Program-made: the position numbers and the translations under genes
Notes under the pieces: generated by a model
Database searches by the model: none
Told to the model about the DNA's origin: nothing
The model's input: only the letters and a program-made list of their open reading frames with translations
In this document: piece by piece, positions 11,118 to 22,135 of the stretch
Position numbering within the stretch: the stretch's first letter is position 1
Layout of the letters: every line of letters starts with the position of its first letter
Source: Octopus sinensis
Taxonomy: Eukaryota
DNA: 64,000 nucleotides
Assembly: GCF_006345805.1 (NCBI RefSeq)
Contig: NC_043000.1
Span: forward strand, 65,782,001 to 65,846,000
Direction: 5' to 3'

Positions 11118-12379
11118 TCAGGTCATTAAGAATGAAATGTCTGATTTTCTTATGCACCATGTTTGTTAGTCATTGACTCTAATGTTTTATCCTGACAATT
11201 CTTTGTTTTACAACATTGATGAGTTACATCATCGCTTTCCGAAATGCAATTCGGGATGTCTAATTATATTGTAAGTTTTTCTTGTAAATCAATTTTTGTG
11301 AACCCATGGATAGATAAAAAAATTCGTGTTTATGAATATAAGTTCCGTCTTGGGACCAATGCATCCCAAACAACTCGAAACATCAATGAGGTGTTTGGTG
11401 AAGACGTGACGAATGAGCGCACTGTATGGCGATAGATTGAGAAGTGCCGGTCTGGTGACTTTACTCTTGACAATCAAACCTGAGTCCAAGGTGGATGAGT
11501 TGGAAACTGTAGTGGAAGTGGATACATCTCAAACTATGCGTGAGTTAGCAGTAGGGTTTTATGTTTTGATTCCAACTGTATTGCACCATCTGATACTAAT
11601 CGGCAAAGTAAAGAAGCTGGACAAGTGGGTACCACACGAACTCAACGAGCATCAAATGACACGTCGTCTTGAAACTTGAAGTTCTTTGCTGTCACGGCAT
11701 AAAAGCGAACCATTTTTGCATCATATTGTTACGTGTGATGAAAAACGGATTCTTTTAAACAATAGCAAGCGTTTTTCACGGTGGTTAGATAAAGACGAAG
11801 TTCCAAAACACAATCCAAAAAAGAATATTCACCAAAAAATGCTAATGGTGTCAGTTTAGTGGTCCAGCGCTGGTGTCATCCACTACAGCTTCATAAGACC
11901 TGGTAAGTCAATTACAGCGGATGTATACCTCAACCAGTTGGATGAAATGATGAGTGAACTTGCAATTAAACAACCGAGATTGGTCAATAGAGACAGTCCA
12001 ATTCTCTTGCAAGACAATGCTCCACATGTTGCACAAAGAACGCTACCCAAGTTACAAGAACTGAACTTGGAAGTACTATGTTATCCATCATATTCACCAG
12101 ACTTTGCACCAACTGACTATCACGTTTTCCAGGTGTTAGACAACATTTTGCAAGGAAAGAACTTCAAATCTGAAGAAGATGCAAAAACAACCTTTCGTGA
12201 TTTCATCACCTCTTGCTTTCCAGAATTCTTCGCAACCGGTATAAATAAGCTACCGATAAAATGGCAAAATTGTGTTGATAATTTAGATGCATACTTTGAT
12301 TAACTGCATGGCATTTTGTTGAGATAAAGTAAAATAAACTTCCAGTTCAAAATCAGAGATTGCATTCTTAATAACCCGA
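11118..12379 (+). mobile_element. mariner transposon, Hsmar1/cecropia-like, full length but inactivated
   Basis: ~30-bp TIRs tcaggtcattaagaatgaaatgtctgattt / aaatcagagattgcattcttaataacccga; TA duplication; WVPHEL, VTCDEK, LQDNAPH, YSPDFAPTDY; stops and frameshifts. Confidence 0.95.
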
Positions 12380-12426
12380 TATTTTCGCATGGGTATAATC
12401 ATATGTACATGCATGCGTTAATTTGC

Positions 12427-12457
<31 letters not shown>

Positions 12458-12702
12458 TGAGTGTGTGAGTGTGTGAGTGTGTGAGCGCGGTACACATACA
12501 CTCATATACATAAACACAGACACGCACAGTCACTGACGCATACACTGCCAATCCCATTACCCTATCATTGTCCGTATAGAGAGGTATGAGTAATGTGCGT
12601 GTAGGTATGTAGGCACCTACACACCTGTACCCACACTACTCATGCCTCCTATATACTCACACATAAACACACACGCACACATACACGCACACATACACGC
12701 AC

Positions 12703-12745
<43 letters not shown>

Positions 12746-13006
12746 GCACCTAAACACATACACACAACTAACCTATACCACACTCTAATCACACACAGAC
12801 ACTGCTAATCTAACCAACCAAGCACTCCCTCACACAAGCACACTGCTCGTACCCTCTATAGTCATGCACACACGCACACTTACACACACATGAACACTAC
12901 ATACATGTGTATTTTCATGCATACGCGCGTTTTCACACATACACGTATTCATTCACATACACATGCATGCCAACGGGTACTCTCTCGTCTTTAAAAACTA
13001 CAATTA

Positions 13007-14251
13007 CGAGAGGTGTTCATTAAAGATTACCTCTGACCCACTTCCGGTTAGTGCAGGAAATGGAACTTGTACAAATATAATGATACATGTCTCTACATGT
13101 CACATTGTAAATCGCAGCTTTCCACTAGTATTCATTTGTCTTTTACGATTGCTGAAATGGACTAAGATGTTATAATGGAGCAAGTTGAATGCAGATCAGT
13201 GATCAGGTTCTTATACTTGAAAAGTTGTACACCAAAGAGACTTCCGATGAGATGAAAGAAGTTTATAGTGACGATGCACCGTCATACGACATAGTCAAGC
13301 ACTGGCATCGTAAGTTCAAATGCGGTTGGACATCGGTGGACAACCACATTCCGACATTGATGACGACGCCATTCATAAAGTGGAAGCCGCCATTTTGGAG
13401 GATCACCGCATTCAGCACCTAGCCCAAGAAGTGAAGATAAGTGTAGGATCCGTGAAAAAAATAATTTACAACCATTTGCACATGCGGATGTTATCTGCAC
13501 GATATATTCCCCGTATGCTCACACCTTTTCAGAAGCAGGAACGAGTCAATTGCTCCCAGCCTCTTTTGGCAATGTGCCAATAAACGAGGAGAGCTTTTTC
13601 GGTAGATTTATCACACAGGATGAAGCATGGGTCCGTCATTATGATCATGAGACTAAAGTCCAATTGAAGCAATGGAAGCATGATAACTCATCACCTCCAA
13701 TGAAGGTTCGTGTCCAACCCTCAGCAGGCAAGGTGATGCTCACAGGTTTTTGGGACCAGCGCGGGTTAGTGATGGTGGATTTTCTGGCAAAGGGTACCAC
13801 AATATTATGCTTCTCTTCGACAGAAATTGCGGGACGCCATCAAAGCAGAAAGTCGGGTATGCTGACCAAAGGAGTCTGCCTCCTCCAAGACAACATTCCA
13901 GTTCACAATGCGCACGTTGCCCAGAAGAAATCACATTCCTGCGGTTATGAAATCCTTCCTCATCCCCCTTACACTCCCGATCTCGCACCATCTGACCTCT
14001 TTCCAAACCATGAAGTATCTTTTGAAAAGGAAGCACTTTTTGGATGATGATGAACTTATTTTCGAGTTGAAGTCTTGGCACCAGGCGCAACCTACTGACT
14101 TCTACAAACGAGGTCTTCAAAGCTGCATCAAGCGATGGAAGAAGTGTGTCGCCATTGGTGGTGGTTATGCAGAGAAGGGCTAATAATCATGCCAAGTTTA
14201 TTCCAGTCCAAGGGAAGTGGGTCATAGAAAATCTTTAATGAACACCTCTCA
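13007..14251 (+). mobile_element. mariner transposon, irritans (Himar1/Hsmar2)-like, full length but inactivated
   Basis: ~39-bp TIRs cgagaggtgttcattaaagatt..gacccacttcc; TA duplication; YIPRMLT, ITQDEAW, SAGKVMLTGFWD, LLQDN, HPPYTPDLAPSD; frameshifted. Confidence 0.95.
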
Positions 14252-14254
14252 TAT

Positions 14255-14560
14255 CTCTCACTTTTCCGGTTAGTCAGAAGTCGAACATGCTAAGTAACCA
14301 ACGTGTGTTTTATTCCTGGCTCTCTTCTCTCTTTTCTTATCTCCTATTTCCCCTTTCTTTCCTCAGTTTCTTGTCTCTTTTTGAATTTTTTTTCGTATTC
14401 GACGAAGAACTACGTCCGAAACGTTATACTTTGACGCAATAAATTTTACTCGTTCTCCTTCTTTGAACGGTCAGCCTAACAATTTTATTAATTGTGAACG
14501 TCCTTTCGATCTGTCGCATTTTGTATTTTATTTTCTTTATACGTATACATTCAAACGCAC
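14255..14560 (+). mobile_element. Penelope-like pseudo-LTR remnant with degenerate hammerhead
   Basis: Pyrimidine-rich segment with gtat-TCGACGA-a-GAAC tac GTCC-GAAA-CGTT-atac at 14395-14429. Confidence 0.5.
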
Positions 14561-14622
14561 TCTCTCACACACACACATATGTATACACACAACACACACA
14601 AAAAAGTGCGCGCGTGCGCGTG

Positions 14623-14669
<47 letters not shown>

Positions 14670-15596
14670 CACATACACACATATATATTGTATATATAAA
14701 ACTCTACTACTATAAAACATCAATATCTGTGACATACTTGTTAACCTTTTCATTGGTGGTTTAATCGATCAGGTGTCACTGCGTTAGCTAGTATAGGACT
14801 AGACACATAAACCACAAGAGAATCTATTCTTTGGTGTTTGTTGCTAGACACATTATATGATAATGGTGAACCTCAGCTACAATATCAACCGTACTTAAGA
14901 AATGAATGGTCAGTAAAATAAATGTTGGGCGCTTGAGAATGATATATGTTGTTGGTAGAAAAAGTAAACGATAGTTAAATGTGAAAGTAGAAGCACACAT
15001 ACACGCGCACGCAAGTTACGGTCACCTCACGTTACAGGATTCCGCGCTTACGGAGACTCGGATAAATTCTAAGAAATTAAAAACCGCACTCCCTTCTTAA
15101 TCAAAAAGCCATTATTTGACGTGCTATTTAAGATCAAAGCATAGTTAACAATTTGAATAGTTATAATCACGATACATGTATACATACACACATACACGCA
15201 TACATACGTGTAAATATAATGCGTATATATGTGTGTGTGTGAGTGTAGTAGTAGTAGTAGTAGTAGCAGTAGTAGTAGTAGTAGCTTCATGCAGGCATAC
15301 CGTAGATTCGATCCTGATCACCAAATTTCACTTATCAGTTCAACAGCACTTTTCTCATGGTAAAACAACAATTTTTCTGTGAGTGACAGCAGTTACGTTT
15401 ACCAGATGCCTTCGCTAAGCAATATAATGCCTTTGCCATTTGACCGTTCTAACCTCTTCTAGGCCACCAAAAGCTAGAATAGAGATAACAGACACCCAAC
15501 GAAATGCATTGTTCTCAACAATATGTTTCTCCTTCTAACTAGTTTTGAATAGTCATAATTACTAAAGTATCTTTTAAATTTTGGCTTTGTTTACAG

Positions 15597-15688
15597 TAGA
15601 CTTGGTTAAAGAAGGACAAGCGCCCCTTGGCGCAAATCCAGAAATCGATTCTAATTTATCTGCCATTCCTTTTGCGATCTTCGCAGAG
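15597..15688 (+). CDS. Possible isolated internal coding exon, gene unknown
   Basis: Acceptor ttggctttgtttacag, donor ag|gtgaga; 92 nt open in one frame: DLVKEGQAPLGANPEIDSNLSAIPFAIFAE. No family recognised and no partner exons found. Confidence 0.3.
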
Positions 15689-16053
15689 GTGAGACCAATA
15701 ATTTTTATTCACCGCACGGCTGTCACCATCCTTGTTTTAAATGAGCTCTATGTGGTTTAGGGGTTCATTTGACTCCTCTTTCTAGCGAAGCTTGTGCTTT
15801 ACAGCATTATAATTACACACACACACACACACACGCATACAAATACGTGTGTACGTGCGTGTCTATGGGCGTGTGTCAGTGTGTCCCTGTGTTTGAGTAT
15901 GATTTACTATAAACACCATGTGGGGCGTAGAAATTTTCAACGTGAATATTTGTGCATATATTGTTTTTGCATCTATCTATATCTTGTTCTCCCTCACCCT
16001 TTCTTTCTCTCTCTCCCTATATATATATATATATAATTATACCGTATGTTACG

Positions 16054-16084
<31 letters not shown>

Positions 16085-16278
16085 TATAATGTATATTCAT
16101 GTATATATATATATATCTATATAAATATAGTATGTGTGTATATATATATAGAGAGAGAGAGAGGGGGGAAGAAAGAAGAAGAAGAAGAAGAAGAAGAAGA
16201 AGAAGAAAAGAAGAAAAAGAAGAAAAAAAGAAGAAGAAGAAGAAGAAGAAGAAGAAGAAGAAGAAGAAGAAGAAGAAG

Positions 16279-16312
<34 letters not shown>

Positions 16313-16963
16313 GCAGCAACAACAAGAATAGTAGGTATAATAGTAGTGATAGCTTTTATACCAATAGTCAGTCTATTAATAACTAGTGACACTCGTGGAA
16401 TTTCCACAGAACGAAAAAGATTAAGAGAATCTATTTAAGAGAGAAATGATGACTTGCATTTTTATTTTTATTTTGCTGAGTTAATTCACTTCCAGTCACA
16501 ATAACATATGATTTTAAAATCGCCTTCTTCTAAGCACTTTATATTTAGGATACAATAGTCTCTCTACTTCAATCAACTTACTAACCATGTGATTCCCTTC
16601 TGCATCTCTTTAATATTTCTCTCTTTTTCTGCACCTTTCACTTCCACTAACCATATGAGTGACAGTATAATCCATCAGTTGGCTATCTGCTCTCTCACTT
16701 ACTCTCACATTCCCTCTTCCTCTTTCTCACTGCACCTCCTCCTCCTCTCTGACAAACTAAAGTGTAAAGTGTAAAGAATAATATTACACATTTAGTTCGA
16801 TAAAAAATACTTTTTAGTATCAACATGCTACCACCACCATCATCATCATCATCATCATCATCATCACTATAGTTTTCAGTAACAAAGCTCATTTAATTTC
16901 AGTTCAACTGTTTGTTTAATCTTTTTTCCTGTCGATGAGGCTCTACTCTGACAATACAAACGC

Positions 16964-17044
<81 letters not shown>

Positions 17045-17687
17045 GTAACTGCCCCCTTTCCATCTATCTCTACCGGCCTTTCTTTAAACTGTCCACCAGA
17101 ATATCACCCTCTACTGACTATTGTATCCTAAACATATCACTTTCTCTTTATCTTTCCCTCTCCGCCCTATACCACGTCGTTAACACTTCTCACTCCTTCT
17201 TTTCTCTTACCGTCTTTTTCTCTCGCTCTTCGCCACTCCCTTCGACTAACCACGTGACACATTTGGCCGTATTATACATCTTTCTCTTCTTCTTCCTTCC
17301 TTTTTTCTTACTCACATCTCCCTCTCTGTCTCTCTCTCACACGCACACTTTTACTCCACCTCTACCTCTCACTCATTCCACCGCCATCTCTCACTCACTC
17401 CACCTCTCTAACTAGCTAAAGTATAATGGGTGAACGAACAAGCAGGTTATTATATAGATGTTAGAGACGGTGATACTAAACAGGTAAATTCTAATGAAAA
17501 CACTACTAACAACAATACTTTTTAGTACAACGGAACTCTTTAAAAAGATGGTGATAATGATAGTAATAAAAGTTAATAACAAAAACAATAGGGATAAGGT
17601 CAACAGTGATGACAGAAGAAATAAATGTAGGGTTGGAACCAATAATAATAATAATAATAATAATGATGATGATGATGATGATAATTA

Positions 17688-20491
17688 GTCCAAGCCAAAT
17701 CTCAAAGAATACGAAGATTTGATAAGAGAAACAAATTTTACAGACAAAATAAGTTGTTCAAATCCAATGCGAAAACGATCTACAGAGAAATAGGGAAGAA
17801 GAAAATAACTGTTGAAGAAGCCATGGAAGAAGTTGAAAACTTCTGGGAAAATATCTAGAGTAATGAAAAGACTTATAAGGAAAATGCAGGCTGGATCCTA
17901 CCAAAACTTACCAGTGCAAGCAAGAGAAGATATCACAATAGCAGACCTAAGGATGACACTTACAAAGGCTCATAATTGGAAATCTGCTAATGATAGGGTA
18001 CCGAATTTTTGGCTCGCCTCGCTCCCGTGCGCGCACGAAAAGTTAGTCCAGTTAATCAATGAAATTATGAGAGGCCGTGCAAAAACACCCGACTGGTTAG
18101 CAAGAGGTATTACTTACCTACTCCCGAAGAGTAATGAAACCAAATTTCCCCAAAACTACCGGCCCATAACATGTCTATCAACCACGTATAAACTTTCTCG
18201 TGGAGAAAATATACACATTTATGGAATAGAACGATATTTTCCCTACTAAACAAAAAGGGTGCCGACGAGGCTTATATGGATGCAAAGACTAACTCCTAAT
18301 CAATCGCATGATCCTTGAGAACTGTCATAACAAACGCAGAAATCTTAGTTCTGCATGGATTGATTATAAAATTGCCTTCGACAGCACACAGCATTCATGG
18401 ATCTTGAAATCGCTGGATATCTTCAAACTTTCTCCTGTGATTTCAAACTTCCTGAAACACAACATGTCAATGTGGAATACAAATCTCCAGTTATACGTCT
18501 CTGATGGAGTACTGACCACAAAAAATATTAATATCAACTGCGACATTTTCCAAGGTCACTCACTTTCACCTCTAATTTTCTGCATAGCCCTAATACCCCT
18601 TACAAGTGAACTCAACAGAAGAGGGTATAGATATAAAATTGGCGACAAGAAAATAAGTCATCTATTTGATATGGTTGACTTAAAACTTTATGGCAAAGAC
18701 GATGATGAGCTTGAAGAACTACTACGTACTGTGAAAGCATTCAGTGATGACATTGGGATGGAATTTGATCTTGATAAATGTGCCAAGGCTACTTTCCAGA
18801 AAGGGAAACTGAATATCTCACATTCAGTGGTGTTGGATGTTGACACAGTCATAAAAGAGCTCGAGCAGGAACAAACTTACAAATACCTCGGAATAAATGA
18901 GGGCTCTGGCATTCAACATGCAAGTATGAAAGAGAAGATCAGGAAGGAGTCTTACATGAGAGTTCGGACAGTCCTAAAATCTGAGTTAAATGCACGTAAC
19001 AAGGTGTTAGCTATAAATTCATTAGCAGTTCCTGTTGTTATTTACAGTTTCAATGTGTTGAACTGGAATATGAGCGAAATAAGGAAGATTGACAAAAAGG
19101 CGGTGCTCCAGCATGGCCGCAGTCAAATGACTGAAACAAGTAAAAGAGTAAAAGAGAGAGAGAGTTGCTGACTTGCAATAAGATGTCCCACCCAAAAGGC
19201 AGACGCAGATCGTCTTTACCTACCCAGAGCTCAAGGAGGTCGAGGTTTGATCCAGTTTGAAATCTCATACAAAACCACCACAATTGGATTGGCAAAATAT
19301 CTTTAAACATCAAATGACTGGCTGCTAAAGCTCGTTGAAAACCATGAAAGACGTGAGAAGCTTCATTCTGTTATGAAGGAGAGCAAAACACTTTTCAAGT
19401 GAGTTTATGCATAATACCCAGGTTGAACAGCGTGAAGGAAGTGCAGCAACTGTAGTTGCAAAGGAGGTGAAATCAAGATCAAAGTAAAATGCGCTAGAAC
19501 AATTGGCTGATGGGTGGGAACAAAAACCACCCATGGCAAATATGCGGCCCGTAGCAAACAAGCTGATGTAGACCAGAAGCACACCCATCAGTGGCTACGG
19601 AGCTCAGGGCTAAAGGCAGAGAGTGAAGGCTTTATCTTGGCTGCCCAAGGTCAGAGCTTATTGACCCGGAACTATCAAGCCAATATGATGAAAAATGGTG
19701 TAGAACCAAAGTGCCCATACTGCAACGATGGGATAGAAACAGTCGACCACCTAATCTCTGGATGTAAGGTTTTAGCATCTATAGAGTACAAATGAAGACA
19801 TGACAGAGCTGTCCAATATCTACACTGGATAATGTGTCAGCTTTATAAAATCAAGAATGCTGACAAATGATACAAGCACCGCCCTGAGGCTGTAACTGAG
19901 GGAGAAAATGTATCTATTCTTTGGGACTTCCCAATACGTACAGGCCGGACCATCAAAGCAAATAAACCAGATATTCTTGTGAAAGACCAAAACAATAAAG
20001 TCTGTTTATTGATTGACAGGAGCATACCCTGTGACCATAATATCTCGGCAAAAGAATTTGATAAGCTCAGAAAATATAAAGATTTGCTAATCGAAATCGA
20101 AAAGATGTGGCATCTCAAGACTGTTACAAAACCAGTGATTGTAGGATCACTTGGAAGTATCATAAAAGGAACTGAAAATTATTTAAGGATGATCCCTGGC
20201 TTACGATCCATGCAAGAAGTGCAAAAAATTATCTTAACTGGTACGTATTGAGAAGAGCATTGGCGTTGTGAATTTTCTTTCCTTTCCCCTTTTATTTTCT
20301 GTTTACTTTTTTTTATTTTTGCTTTTTTCTCTGTCTTTATTCCCCTTTTTCTCTATCACATGACTTTATAAATGAACAGTCTGGTGCGTTTATTGTAATG
20401 GCCTACCAATATATACAGTATGTTTCTCTGCCCTATATGTCAGGAAGACACTCGGCAAGACATGAAAACAAAACTGAAAGATGCTAATGAA

Positions 20492-20492
<1 letters not shown>
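17688..20492 (+). mobile_element. R4/Dong-like non-LTR retrotransposon (RT + CCHC + RLE), 5'-truncated, inactivated
   Basis: PQNYRPITCL, AWIDYKIAFDS, FQGHSLSPL, LFDMVDLKLY, CPYCNDGIETVDHLISGC, ANKPDILV..IDRSIPCD; flanked by (AAT)/(GAT)n at 5' and (AAT)n at 3'. Confidence 0.93.
19097..19162 (+). mobile_element. SINE family B 3' tail inserted in the LINE ORF
   Basis: aaggcggtgctccagcatggccgcagtcaaatgactgaaacaagtaaaagagtaaaagag interrupts the IRKIDK..LLTCNKM frame. Confidence 0.8.
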
Positions 20493-20562
<70 letters not shown>

Positions 20563-20597
20563 TAACAACGACGACGACGACGATGATGATGATGATC

Positions 20598-20682
<85 letters not shown>

Positions 20683-20691
20683 TAATAATAA

Positions 20692-21207
20692 CTGATCACG
20701 AGCAGAAGTAGTGGGGGAGCATCAATTGTTTTGTCTTGGTATAAAAGATGGGCTACAGCAAATATTCTGCTCAATACCACAGATTTGCTTGTCAGTTGTT
20801 TGACCTTAACCAGTTGAGCATGTCCCTTAGTGGCTGACGATATGTGCATCTCTGATCACGAGCAGAAGTAGTGGGGGAGCATCATAGCCATGTGTTGAGA
20901 GGGATTCTTTGGGGTTTGAATAGTTCACCTCTGGAAACATGGGTGGTTCTTTCAACATCCTTAAACAACCCTTATTCAGGGACCGTTTGAGCGGGATGGG
21001 CTACTCGACCTGAAGAAAATTCTAACTGAGCCCCACCTGCAAGGTCATGTGCTGTTTATCTTGATATGAGATCACCATGTCGCGCACATATGGTTGTGAT
21101 GCATGTGCCTAGTGTACCTTTATCAGACGGGTAGTCATGATGGGTATATTGGGCTTCGTATATTTTACCCCAGTGTCACTTTGATGGCATGAACTGCTCT
21201 CTCACTC
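20692..21207 (+). mobile_element. Repeat family C, copy 1 (non-coding; LINE 3' UTR or non-autonomous derivative) within (AAT)n
   Basis: Colinear with 21659-22135; ends ctctctcactc(aat)n; a 32-bp block at 20692 is repeated at 20852. Confidence 0.7.
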
Positions 21208-21260
<53 letters not shown>

Positions 21261-21309
21261 CAACAATAACAATAACAACAACAACAACAACAGCAACAAT
21301 AACAATAAC

Positions 21310-21358
<49 letters not shown>

Positions 21359-21375
21359 TAATAATAATAATAATA

Positions 21376-21630
21376 AGGTTGTGCCTATAATAATTAGTGC
21401 AGTGGAACTGTAAGCAATGATATAGACAAATGGTTGAAGGAGGTTAGTATAGAAAGCACTGTAGAGTTTGTACAGAAAGTTTGCCTCTTAGAGATAGGAA
21501 AGATTATCATGAGGATTCTAAGCACTTGAAAGACTATTGAAAGCTATCAGATACCTAAGGTTACATGTAATAATCTGCTATTCATATAAACCCTGCTAGG
21601 AATAAGACCGAAGCTGAGTTAAATCAATAG
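21376..21630 (+). mobile_element. R4/Dong-like LINE extreme 3' fragment
   Basis: VVPI..SAVGTVSNDIDKWLKEVSIESTVEFVQKVCLLEIGKIIMRILST* resembles the RLE C-terminus; (AAC/AAT)n tail. Confidence 0.65.
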
Positions 21631-21658
21631 CAACAACAATAACAACAATAATAATAAC

Positions 21659-22135
21659 TGTTCTGATGCAATACCAGACAGTGGTTCTCTTGGCTATTTA
21701 TTTTAACTGATTGGAAGTGTTACCAAGTACATGTTTTGTCCTGGTATAAAAGATGGGTTAAAGCAAATATTCTGCTCAATATAAGAGATTGCTTGTAAGT
21801 TACTTGACTTTAACCAGTTGAGCTTTAACCAGCTCAACTAGTTAAAGTCTGACGATATGTGCGTTTCTGATCATGATCAGGAATAGTGGGGGAGCATCAT
21901 AGCCATGTGCTGAGTGGGACTCTTTGGGGTTTAAATAATTCACTTCTGGAAACATGGTGTTTCGTTCATCATCCTTAAACAACCTTTATCCAGGGACCTT
22001 TTGAGCGGGTTGGGCTACTAGACCTGAAGAAAATTTAGACTGGGCCCCACCTGCAAGGTCAAAAGTTGTTTATCTTGATAAGAGGTCATCATGTCACGCG
22101 CATATGGTTGCGATGCATATACCTAGTGTACCCAA
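21659..22135 (+). mobile_element. Repeat family C, copy 2
   Basis: Homologous to 20692-21207; 3' end missing. Confidence 0.7.

Noticed and set aside
17812-20251. LINE ORF pieces as functional genes
   Set aside because: Multiple frameshifts, stops, a damaged catalytic motif and a SINE insertion.
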